The translations under genes and the position numbers were made by a program. DNA of 63,325 nt, filler included, from Octopus bimaculoides (lineage: Eukaryota), in the NCBI RefSeq assembly GCF_001194135.2. It is 7 parts of 7 records of this genome, joined end to end, with 100 filler letters (N's around TTAATTAATTAA, not from the genome) between each part and the next. Parts side by side here need not be neighbours in the genome. Positions count along the whole stretch, not along the records: positions 44,032 to 52,686 come from NC_068999.1; positions 52,787 to 58,650 come from NC_068985.1; positions 58,751 to 61,194 come from NW_026411784.1; positions 61,295 to 63,325 come from NC_068987.1; 3 more parts are not named here. One strand, given 5' to 3'. The notes under the pieces are model-generated. The model was not told the DNA's origin, did no database searches, and worked only from the letters and a program-made list of their open reading frames with translations. How positions within the stretch are numbered: the stretch's first letter is position 1; each line of letters opens with the position of its first letter. Below, in pieces: positions 51,687 through 63,325 of the stretch.

Positions 51687-52617
51687 NNNNNNNNNNNNNN
51701 NNNNNNNNNNNNNNNNNNNNNNNNNNNNNNNNNNNNNNNNNNNNNNNNNNNNNNNNNNNNNNNNNNNNNNNNNNNNNNNNNNNNNNNNNNNNNNNNNNNN
51801 NNNNNNNNNNNNNNNNNNNNNNNNNNNNNNNNNNNNNNNNNNNNNNNNNNNNNNNNNNNNNNNNNNNNNNNNNNNNNNNNNNNNNNNNNNNNNNNNNNNN
51901 NNNNNNNNNNNNNNNNNNNNNNNNNNNNNNNNNNNNNNNNNNNNNNNNNNNNNNNNNNNNNNNNNNNNNNNNNNNNNNNNNNNNNNNNNNNNNNNNNNNN
52001 NNNNNNNNNNNNNNNNNNNNNNNNNNNNNNNNNNNNNNNNNNNNNNNNNNNNNNNNNNNNNNNNNNNNNNNNNNNNNNNNNNNNNNNNNNNNNNNNNNNN
52101 NNNNNNNNNNNNNNNNNNNNNNNNNNNNNNNNNNNNNNNNNNNNNNNNNNNNNNNNNNNNNNNNNNNNNNNNNNNNNNNNNNNNNNNNNNNNNNNNNNNN
52201 NNNNNNNNNNNNNNNNNNNNNNNNNNNNNNNNNNNNNNNNNNNNNNNNNNNNNNNNNNNNNNNNNNNNNNNTATATATATATACGTACTTACATATATAC
52301 ACATATATGATATTTACGAGTCTGTATAGATATTTCGTATCACAATCCTAGTTATATCCAATGAAATAAATGATATTTTGTATGTCATACAATATCTTAT
52401 TCACTTAAAGGTATTTTTCTAATTGTATCAGAATATCCATTAATCATATAAAATCGGTAATAAAATTATCCTAGACAATACATTACTCTACAAACAAATA
52501 AAGTAATTCATACAAAAATATAAACTATATATATGAGTGAGTGTATGGATAATACAAACACACACATACACAAACACACACACACAGACAGACACACACA
52601 CACACACAGACACACAG

Positions 52618-52653
<36 letters not shown>

Positions 52654-52654
52654 A

Positions 52655-52686
<32 letters not shown>

Positions 52687-52786
52687 NNNNNNNNNNNNNN
52701 NNNNNNNNNNNNNNNNNNNNNNNNNNNNNNTTAATTAATTAANNNNNNNNNNNNNNNNNNNNNNNNNNNNNNNNNNNNNNNNNNNN

Positions 52787-52835
<49 letters not shown>

Positions 52836-52840
52836 ATGTA

Positions 52841-52876
<36 letters not shown>

Positions 52877-52920
52877 TGTATATATATATATTCATAAACA
52901 TATATATATATAGATAGATT

Positions 52921-53085
52921 TACACGACGGGTTTCCACTGTTTCCGTATACCAAATTCATTCACAAGTCGTCAGTGGGCTTGAGGATATAGTAAGAAGGC
53001 ACTTGCCCAAAGTGCTATGCTGTGGGACTGAACCGAAAACCATATGGTTGGAAAGCGAGCTTCCTAACCATACAGCCATACCTGT
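52921..53085 (-). mobile_element. SINE family B, 5' half
   Basis: ACGACGGG...CACTTGCCCAAAG...GGGACTGAACC...ACCATACAGCCATACCTG. Confidence 0.7.
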
Positions 53086-54369
53086 TCACTTTTCGTTTCT
53101 TTGCTTGAGTGCCCGAGTTCTCGTTGCACATCTGAGACCTGCATTTCATTGACACGATTTCACTGCAGCTATTTTTAAGATCAAACAAAATACACGAAAC
53201 TGCTTGGTAGTATTTCAGCATTGTTCTTAATCATTAAATAAAACGTACGGCGTTGAAGAAAAATTCCAAATGAGTCATCAAAAATGATTTAAAACTCATG
53301 AGAGAGTAACGAGTTTCCTGATTTCACGTGTTTATCACCACCACCACCATTATAGAAGTACTGACATACTGACTAAACAAAGATTTTACATGGTTGTTCA
53401 GCTTTCTAGAAATTATTCTGATAACATCCACCCGCTTGAAGAATAAGGAACACGTTGGACAATGTAGTTCGATATAACNNNNNNNNNNNNNNNNNNNNNN
53501 NNNNNNNNNNNNNNNNNNNNNNNNNNNNNNNNNNNNNNNNNNNNNNNNNNNNNNNNNNNNNNNNNNNNNNNNNNNNNNNNNNNNNNNNNNNNNNNNNNNN
53601 NNNNNNNNNNNNNNNNNNNNNNNNNNNNNNNNNNNNNNNNNNNNNNNNNNNNNNNNNNNNNNNNNNNNNNNNNNNNNNNNNNNNNNNNNNNNNNNNNNNN
53701 NNNNNNNNNNNNNNNNNNNNNNNNNNNNNNNNNNNNNNNNNNNNNNNNNNNNNNNNNNNNNNNNNNNNNNNNNNNNNNNNNNNNNNNNNNNNNNNNNNNN
53801 NNNNNNNNNNNNNNNNNNNNNNNNNNNNNNNNNNNNNNNNNNNNNNNNNNNNNNNNNNNNNNNNNNNNNNNNNNNNNNNNNNNNNNNNNNNNNNNNNNNN
53901 NNNNNNNNNNNNNNNNNNNNNNNNNNNNNNNNNNNNNNNNNNNNNNNNNNNNNNNNNNNNNNNNNNNNNNNNNNNNNNNNNNNNNNNNNNNNNNNNNNNN
54001 NNNNNNNNNNNNNNNNNNNNNNNNNNNNNNNNNNNNNNNNNNNNNNNNNNNNNNNNNNNNNNNNNNNNNNNNNNNNNNNNNNNNNNNNNNNNNNNNNNNN
54101 NNNNNNNNNNNNNNNNNNNNNNNNNNNNNNNNNNNNNNNNNNNNNNNNNNNNNNNNNNNNNNNNNNNNNNNNNNNNNNNNNNNNNNNNNNNNNNNNNNNN
54201 NNNNNNNNNNNNNNNNNNNNNNNNNNNNNNNNNNNNNNNNNNNNNNNNNNNNNNNNNNNNNNNNNNNNNNNNNNNNNNNNNNNNNNNNNNNNNNNNNCTT
54301 GACAACACAAGAGAATCCCTTCACTGCAAGATTTCCACTTACTCTACAATATACGCCGTACATTAAATA

Positions 54370-54587
54370 TTCTTTACTACTCTAGGCACAAGGCCCAAAA
54401 TCTGTTGGGAGTGGGGGGGAGTCGATTAGATAGACTCCAGTACGCAGCTGGTACTTAATTTATCGACCCCGAAAGGATGAACGGCAAAGTCGACCTCGGC
54501 GGAATTTGAACTCAGAACGTAGTGGCAGACGAAATACCGCTAAGCATTTCGCCCGGCGTGCTAACGTTTCTGCCAGCTCGCCGCCTT
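54370..54587 (-). mobile_element. SINE family D (tRNA-like head + Deu/Nin-like central domain)
   Basis: Minus strand AGGCGGCGAGCTGGCAGAA...GAGTTCAAATTCC...GGTCGACTTTGCCGTTCATCCTTTCGGGGTCGATAAATTAAGTACCAG resembles the Deu/Nin SINE domain. Confidence 0.7.
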
Positions 54588-54654
54588 ATATATATTAAAT
54601 ACTCATTGTAATAGATATATAATATATACGGTGTATAGCACACCGCTAGAATTT

Positions 54655-55215
54655 CAAATGTCGTTTTCCATCGTCGCTGAGGATCACTCCTGGCGAGAAC
54701 ACATCCTTAGTATAGCAAAGACTGCATTCCAAAGACAATACCTTCTCTTTAGGCCCAGAAGATATTTCAGTCGCTAACAGGCATTCTACAAAACCCAAGT
54801 AAAACACTCAGTGATGTACAACTCGCACATCTAGGACGTTGCTGCTACTATGCATATTGATACCCAGGACTGCGACCAAGGTAGAGCAATTCGATAATTA
54901 GCATACCATCTCTGAGGGACATACTTCAGCTTCTAGACTGCGAGCATGTTGTCTCCTCTCTATGTCTTTACGATAATGACGTCTTCCCTCTGGAGTTAAT
55001 TAGGCTTATACCTCCACCATTCAGGCACACCCCGATCAATTCGTCTTTTCCACCTTTCGTCACCCTGGTTGCGCCCAATCCACTTTAACCCCGCACTAAC
55101 CACAATTCCCAATCGTTCATCCACCAAACATCGACCTCTGGATCTTCCTCCCTGTTCATATCTTTCCTGCAGTTGTTGATCTGCTACAGTTTAAACAGAA
55201 CATTATCGGCATCAA
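54655..55215 (+). pseudogene. CR1/Jockey-group LINE 3' fragment
   Basis: SWREHILSIAKTAFQR.YLL.R.RRYFS...YKTQV...YNSHI*D.AA...RAIR...RTNHNS.SFI...W..LP.HIFP. Confidence 0.7.
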
Positions 55216-55880
55216 CTTCAGTCTTTGCAAAGGTTTTGCAAAGTCATGAGCGCTGCCTCTTCTTTTTGATTCAATAAATAATAAAAGTTAGAAAATTCAA
55301 ATGTCTGCCAAGAAAAGTTCGTTAAAATACTTGACAGTTAAAATAATGTATAAATAATAATCTAAGCGATTCGGAAATAAAAATTAGGTCATGACTAAAA
55401 TTATTTTAATCAAAGAGGTCATTTGATAGAACCGATTGAATATCAGACAATTTACCTTGCGATTTTACTTAAATTCTGATCTGAAAAGCCACCGAGACCA
55501 AGCTTTGCCTTTTATCAAACTGGTGTATATGAAGTAAAACACCGCTCCATAACTGCGTCAATTTAACTGATGCCATGATTTTTCTAAACTTAAGGCGCAG
55601 TGCCAATGTAACTGATTAATATTATTTACGTAATTTTTGCTACCATAGAAGACAAATCCAAGCATATTTGGGCTTTATCATGATCTTATCAGTGACATAT
55701 ATACCTTACCGTCTCTCTATGAGTACACTTGATGATCGCCTTTAAAATCCAGTCTGGAAACTTGCTCCTTTCCAATGTACAAGGGTTATGAAGTGTACGC
55801 GATAGCTAATGCTATCTTTAGGATTTGAACTTCACTCTATTCACCTCAATTTATATATACATATATTTATGTATATACAT

Positions 55881-55936
<56 letters not shown>

Positions 55937-56199
55937 ACACACACACACACATATATATATGTATATACATACATACATATATACAAACATACATACATAC
56001 ATATACACACGCAGGCACATACACACATATACATATAAAAAGTGTTTTGTAAGAATTCTTGATATAGTCACAATATTTGAAAAAGATTTTCCGATATCAA
56101 AAATTATTACGTATTCAATTTCTTTTCTTTTTTTACTGAATGACACATGTCCTTTGGAAAGAAGCGTTCGTAATATGTAAGCGCTTTCACTGCTCACAG

Positions 56200-57000
56200 T
56201 TTTTCAAACACACGTGTTATGGAATAATCGGTTTAGAGCAAGTTGTTTTTGGCACCAGTGTCGACTATTTACGGTTTAGTTTCGAATCTATGATTCTAAG
56301 AAAGTATTCATTTTTTGCCTTTCATAGTTGATCATTTTCTTCGATCATTTTGAGAAAAATTAATAATTTGAATTTTCTATTTGCACAAATGTCTACATGT
56401 TCACTACATAGAAATGAATCTTTGAATTGTTGCTTTTGTACCCTATACTAATCTATTAATTTTGAAACTGCTGGGCCAGTATAATTCTAATTGCACTGTG
56501 GGCATGTAGTGTATTAAATGAAATGTTTTGTGTTATATTTTATATTTGCACTAACCTTCAGTTCATTCCTATTCTTGAATCTCTTTGGTTTTACCCTGTT
56601 CAGTTATTTCACACGTCAGACAACGAAGGTCTCAGCATTTTGATACTTGCATTATTTCTTCTGATGTGAATTTCTTCTTTGATAAAAGTCTTTTGAGTTT
56701 TCGTGGCTATCTTTCGCTGATGATAATTTATGATTTTTTTTTTTTTTAATTATTTTTGTGAGATTTGTTGATTGGTGTAGGATTGAAATGTAAGATATCG
56801 TGATTTCTAGGATTTTGGGTGACGACAAATGGAATATTCATGTGTTTGCTTTTGTCATCGTTCGCATTGTGAATATTTCCCTGTAAGACAGAAATTGAAG
56901 CCTTATTTGCCTTGGTTGTGACATAATTTACTAAGGTTTTCGGCTATTTTTGTTTCTGAAGAAATCTTTCTGTTTTACCAGTCCGTCTATTTGTGCCCTT
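56200..57000 (-). pseudogene. Penelope-like element (Neptune-type linker + GIY-YIG) fragment
   Basis: IPFVVTQNPRN...KC*DLRCLTC...I*YTTCPQCN.NYTG...RV.KQQ...CSEHVDIC; many stops. Confidence 0.65.
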
Positions 57001-57231
57001 GCCAAGCATTTGCCTCTACAGATCACAATACGTATTCAAATCACTACACTTGACCACCAAATTATTCATAAGCCTTACACAAGTTATATATCACTGCTTC
57101 AACAAGAATATCCACACAACTCTACTCACCAAAAGTTCAGTACAAAATGTTCAACATCCGCTTAAGAAACAACATTAACCTACCATTAACCCGCTATTAT
57201 TCTCTCTAAGAGAGAATTAGCTCGATCAATC

Positions 57232-57273
<42 letters not shown>

Positions 57274-57274
57274 C

Positions 57275-57329
<55 letters not shown>

Positions 57330-57398
57330 AAGTACTTGAGACAGAGAGAATAAGAAGGAGCAAGGAGACGAGAGATAGACGAGAGATAGACAAGAATC

Positions 57399-57436
<38 letters not shown>

Positions 57437-57958
57437 TGTAATAGAGTGGTTCGTTGAAAACACCATGAATTAACCATTATTATTTAGCTTCAAAGGAATT
57501 ATTTGGACAAGCAGCCAACCACTTGACACATTTAACATTTAAAAACTTGTAGGAGAGTCAATTGTATTTGAATATCAATTTCAAAATGTAGCATTTTGCT
57601 GTATTTATTACTATGGTAACGCGTTCTGTATGCGCGAATCGAAATTGAATCGAATCATGCCTACATGAATCAGAAAGCAAGAGGATCAAGAGGATTTNNN
57701 NNNNNNNNNNNNNNNNNNNNNNNNNNNNNNNNNNNNNNNNNNNNNNNNNNNNNNNNNNNNNNNNNNNNNNNNNNNNNNNNNNNNNNNNNNNNNNNNNNNN
57801 NNNNNNNNNNNNNNNNNNNNNNNNNNNNNNNNNNNNNNNNNNNNNNNNNNNNNNNNNNNNNNNNNNNNNNNNNNNNNNNNNNNNNNNNNNNNNNNNNNNN
57901 NNNNNNNNNNNNNNNNNNNNNNNNNNNNNNNNNNNNNNNNNNNNNNNNNNNNNNNNNN

Positions 57959-57998
<40 letters not shown>

Positions 57999-58307
57999 CA
58001 CACGCACACACACACACATATATATAAATAACACTTACAAACGAAAGCAGAACAGCATGAACATTTTTTCAACCAAAATTTCACCCACCACTAGGTAATA
58101 ATACGGAGCAAGCGCACACCAGACTATCACTATAAAGATAAAACTTATTTAAAATCGAAGAATATAATATGGCAACATGCTAGCTTTTAGGGGCGTGATG
58201 AAAATAAAATGAAATAAAATAGCTTAACACATACATAGAAACACGCACATATATAAATGTGTATGTGTATGTGTGTGCGTGTGCTTATATATATACATGT
58301 AATATAT

Positions 58308-58518
58308 ACTCTTTTACTCTTTTACTTGTTTCAGTCATTTGACTGCGGCCATGCTGGAGCACCGCCTTTAGTCGAGAAAATCGACCCCAGGACTTATTCT
58401 TTGTAAGCCTAGTACTTATTCTTTCGGTCTCTTTTTGCCGAACCGCTAAGTTACGGGGGCGTAAACACACCAGCATCGGTTGTCAAGTGATGTTGGGGGG
58501 ACAAACACAGACACACAA

Positions 58519-58555
<37 letters not shown>

Positions 58556-58650
58556 CATATATACGACGGGCTTCTTTCAGTTTCCGTCTACCAAATCCAC
58601 TCACAAGGCTTTGGTCGGCCCGAGGCTATAGTAGAAGGCACTTGCCCATA
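58308..58650 (-). mobile_element. SINE family B, young-looking copy truncated by a spacer
   Basis: Near-consensus sequence with most CpGs retained. Confidence 0.85.
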
Positions 58651-58750
58651 NNNNNNNNNNNNNNNNNNNNNNNNNNNNNNNNNNNNNNNNNNNNTTAATT
58701 AATTAANNNNNNNNNNNNNNNNNNNNNNNNNNNNNNNNNNNNNNNNNNNN

Positions 58751-61194
58751 GAAACTAACGGGAAGTAACGGGAAGTAACGGAAACTAACGGAAACGAATG
58801 AAAACTGTCGGGAACTCACGGGAAGTAACGGAAACTAACATAAACTAGCGGAAACTAACGGGACCTAACGGAAAATGACGGAAACTCACGGAAACTAACG
58901 GGAAGTAACGGAAACTAACGGCGGGTAACGGAAACTAACGGAAAGTAACGGAATGTAACGGAGAGTAACGGAAAGTAACGGAAAGTATCGGAGACTAACG
59001 GAAACGAATGGAAACTAACGGAAACTAACGGAATCTAAAGGAAAGAAGCGGAAAGTAGCTGAAACTAACTGAGAGTAACGGAATCTAACGGAGAATAACG
59101 GAAAATAACGGAAACTAACGGAAAGTAACGGAAACTAAAGGAAACTAACGGAAACTAACGAAACTAATGGAAAATACGGGGACTAACGGAAAGTAACGGA
59201 AACTAACGGAAAGCAACGGAAGGTAATGGAAACATACGCAAACTAACTTAAAATTTAAGGAAACTAACGAAAAGTAACGGAAAATAACGGAAACCAGCGA
59301 AAACTAACTGGAACTAACGGAAACTAATGAAAACTAGCGGGTAGTAACGGAAAGTAACGAAAACTAACAGAAACTAACTGGAACTGACGGAAAATAACGG
59401 AGACTAACGGAGACTAACGGAAAGTAACGGAAACTCACGGAAACGTACGGACAGTAAAGAAAACAAACAGAAACTAGCGTAAACTAACGTGAACTAACGG
59501 AAAGTAACGGAAAGTAACGGGAACTAACGGAAACTAACGGAAACGAATGGAAAATGACGGAAACTAACGGGAAGTAACGAAAACTAACAGAAACTAGCGG
59601 AAGCTAACGGGAACTAACGGAAAATGACGGAAACTAACGGAAACTAACGGGAAGTAACGGAAACTAACGGAGGGTAACGGAAAGTAACGGAAAGTAACGG
59701 AAAGTAACGGAGAGTAACGGAAAGTAACGGAAACTAATGCAAAGTATCGGAGACTAACTGAAAGTAGCGGAAACTAACGGAAAGTAACGGAAACTAACGG
59801 AATCTAAAGGAAAGAAGCGGAATGTAGCTGAAACTAACGGAGAGTAACGGAAACTAACAGAAACTAGTGGAGAATAACGGAAGATAACGGAAACTAACGG
59901 AAAGTAACGGAAACTAAAGGAAACTAACGGAAACTAACGAAACTAATGGAAAATAACGGGGACTAACGGAAAGTAACGGAAACTAACGGAAAGTAACGGA
60001 AAGTAATGGAAACAAACGGAATCTAAAGGAAAGAAGCGGAAAGTAGCTGAAACTAACTGAGAGTAACGGAAACTAACGGAGAATAACGGGAAATAACGGA
60101 AACTAACGGAAAGTAACGGAAACTAACGAAAACTGACGGAAAGTAACGGAAACTAACGGAAAGTAACGGAAAGTAGCGGCAAATAACGGAGAGTAACGAA
60201 AACTAACGGAAACTAGTGGAAAGGAACGGAAAATACCGGAATATAACGGGAAATAACGGAAAGTAATGGAAACTAACGGAAACTAACAAAATGGAAAGGA
60301 AACTAACGGAATGGAACGGAAACTAACGGAAAGTAACGGCAAGTAACGGGAAATAACGGCAAGTACCGGAAACTGACGGGAACTAACGGAAAGTAACGGA
60401 ATGTAACGGAGAGTAACGGAAAGTAACGGAAACTAATGAAAAGTATCGGGGACTAACGGAAAGTAACGGAAACTAACGGAAAGTATCGGAAACTAACGGA
60501 AACGAATGGAAACTAACGGAAACTGACGGAATCTAAAGGAAAGAAGCGGAAAGTAGCTGAAACTAACTGAGAGTAACGGAAACTAACGGAAACTAATGAA
60601 AAGTATCGGGGACTAACGGAAAGTAACGGAAACTAACGGAAAGTATCGGAAACTAACGGAAACGAATGGAAACTAACGGAATCTAAAGGAACGAAGCGGA
60701 AAGTAGCTGAAACTAACTGAGAGTAACGGAAACTAACGGAGAATAACGGAAAATAACGGAAACTAACCGAAAGTAACGGAAACTAAAGGAAACTAACGGA
60801 AACTAACGGAAAGTAACGGAAACTAACGGAAAGTAATGGAAACAAACGCAAACTAACGTAAAATTTAAGGAAACTAACGAAAAGTAACGGAAAATAACGG
60901 AAACCAGCGGAAACTAACTGGAACTAACGGAAACTAATGAAAACTAGCGGGTAGTAACGGAAAGTAACGAAAACTAACAGAAACTAACGGGAACTAACGG
61001 GAACTGACGGAAAATAACGGAGATTAACGGAGACTAACGGAAAGTAAAGGAAACTCACGGAAACGTACGGACAGTAAAGAAAACAAACAGAAACTAGCGG
61101 AAACTAACGTGAACTAACGGAAAGTAACGGAAAGTAACGGTAAATAACGGAAACTAACGGAATCTAAAGGAAAGAAGCGGAATGTAGCTGAAAC
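58751..61194. repeat. 10-bp satellite (AACGGAAACT/AACGGAAAGT) with higher-order repeats
   Basis: About 240 monomers fill the whole segment between two spacers. Variant landmarks recur at ~750-780 bp and ~1610-1650 bp. Confidence 0.92.
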
Positions 61195-61317
61195 NNNNNN
61201 NNNNNNNNNNNNNNNNNNNNNNNNNNNNNNNNNNNNNNTTAATTAATTAANNNNNNNNNNNNNNNNNNNNNNNNNNNNNNNNNNNNNNNNNNNNATATAT
61301 GTATATATATATGTGTA

Positions 61318-61416
<99 letters not shown>

Positions 61417-61449
61417 GGTGGTTGTCTACTCCTTATACAGAGTTTGACC

Positions 61450-61750
61450 ACCTCCTGTACCTACACCTTAGATCCATCATGGCGTCTGATGTGACTTTTT
61501 AAAACCAGACAATGTATTGAAAAGACACCCACGTAGATTGCATATCCGATTTGGACCACCAACCACCAAGAACTGCAGTTAAGTTCTGATCTTTGTGGGT
61601 CTAAGAATAATATCTTTTGAGACCTCCGTTAGATCTGGAGATCTTATGGCATACATGGCATTGAAAGGTGTGCACAGATATATAAGCAGAATAGTTGATG
61701 GAGGTTCGTTTTTTCTTGAGTCCGCAAATGAGATTTGAGCCCAGTAAAAG
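61450..61750 (+). pseudogene. Possible RTE endonuclease remnant
   Basis: N.LKRHPRRLH resembles the RTE EN motif FKxHPRRLYTW; otherwise weak. Confidence 0.25.
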
Positions 61751-62867
61751 AAAGGCTTGGTGTGTCATACATATATGTATATATAGATGTGTGCGTGTTT
61801 GTGTCTGTGTTTGTTCTCCTCTATTGCTTTACTACCAGTGTTAGTTTGTTACATGCTGTGTCATGCTGGTCCTTCATTGGAATTCTGTTAAAGGCACACG
61901 TCTGTGAAATACTCAGTCACTTACACGCTAATTTTTGACCAGGAAATTCAGTTGATCGAATGACTGAGATCCACCACGTCTTCCTTTAACATTTTTTTAA
62001 TCAGAAATAAGCCGCGAACGGTTTAGAAAAAGGTTTGGTTGGATTACAACAAGTTTGTATAAAGACACCTTTTATTGTTCATCTATTACTGATTTATCTA
62101 TCACTGATCCGAGTAACTCAGTAGATTCAATTGTGAACAATGTTATGCTTATCACGAATTGATCCATGATAACACGGGTCGGCGATAGGTCAAAGATTCT
62201 ACTTGGACTGCAAAAACGCGGCCCATCGATCTCTCACTTGGGTTGGTTCTCAGAACGAAACCTAATTTTCCTATATGTTCTATTATTCAATTATCGCTGA
62301 TTCATTTAACACGTTTATTTTTTTTTTAGGAACCAAAGACCTGTGATAAACGAGGATAAGTGTAATAATATATGACATGTACTAGTTCTTATCGTCTTGC
62401 TAAAATACCTCTTAAAATTTTGAACAGAAATTAAGAATTCTTCTAAGGAACGGTTCCTATGACAGTGTGGTCACAGCTTTGACATGAAACCATGCCAAAC
62501 ATATATCATATTTATGAGTACAAACATATATCTATAATACAAATTAGATGTTGTATGGCAGAATGGCCACGGTTTTGACATGCGGAACCCATACAAAACA
62601 TTGCGAATTTATAAGTACAAATTAGATGTTATATCGAATAAATTGTGAACATAAATCAATGCAGAATTTGTTTCATTCAATACTTAAAGCGTCAGATGAA
62701 ACATCTCAGCTTGAGTGATTGTCTGTCAGACGGAATTCAGACAAACTGTCCATGATTTGGATAGCTATATGCACGATTTTATTTCAAAAACAGGATGATG
62801 AGTGAATATTCCTGATGTCCATAATTCATTGATTTTGTTTTTCTAACAAGCTAATATGACTGTCAAG

Positions 62868-62933
<66 letters not shown>

Positions 62934-63089
62934 GTGCAAATGTATTAATGTATGCATACAAGTTTGTATGTATATATGCGTACGTATGCTTGTTTAGACA
63001 CACATACACACACACATAGACACAAACAGACAGACAGACGCATGTAGATATAGACGTGTGCATGTATGTAGATATATTTATATTTTATA

Positions 63090-63270
63090 TATGTGTATAT
63101 AGTTGAAATCTATAGAAAAACAAAAGACGAAGACAGGTGTATGAACAACAAGCAAGTGCATTAGTTTGACGCTCGGGAAAAAGAAAAAGAGTCTTTTTCG
63201 TTTCGAGCTTACGCTCTTCAACAGAAAGGAACACGAGGTAATAAACAGAGAGAGAATAAAAAAAAAAACT
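63090..63270 (-). mobile_element. PLE pseudo-LTR-like repeat with a variant hammerhead motif
   Basis: Minus strand cttt-CTGTTGA-a-GAGC-gtaa-GCTC-GAAA-cg-aa-aaag (63192-63229). Confidence 0.45.
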
Positions 63271-63325
63271 TTTGGAGGTAGCAGTCAATCATGGCGGCAT
63301 ATATATATATACACAGGTACGCTCT

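Noticed and set aside
58751-61194. CRISPR array, telomere or repetitive protein gene
   Set aside because: There are no unique spacers, the unit is not TTAGGG, and the 10-bp period rotates TAA stops through all + frames; the track shows no ORF.

Overview
AT-rich, microsatellite-dense animal genomic DNA, most likely an octopus/cephalopod (inferred from the SINE families; not verified). The window has many N gaps and six artificial 100-bp spacers (44 N + TTAATTAATTAA + 44 N), so adjacency across those spacers is unreliable. I recognise no intact host protein-coding gene; almost all long ORFs in the track are microsatellite or N artefacts. The content is mainly decayed transposons: at least four SINE families, fragments of CR1/Jockey-like and RTE LINEs, two R4/Dong-type non-LTR elements in tandem within (TAA/CAA)n repeats, four Penelope-like element (PLE) fragments, Tc1/mariner and probable hAT remnants, several hairpin elements, and a 2.4-kb 10-bp satellite with higher-order structure. 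The most interesting signal is a set of hammerhead-ribozyme (HHR) motifs. (i) A ~510-bp fold-back element at 9064-9576 has two divergent tRNA-like Pol III heads, an HHR motif in each arm and an exact 14-bp flanking direct repeat. (ii) An apparently intact type I HHR at 19970-20041 (-) lies downstream of a stand-alone THAP-domain ORF, near a PLE fragment. These suggest non-autonomous, ribozyme-bearing retroelements that may be mobilised by PLEs (inference).
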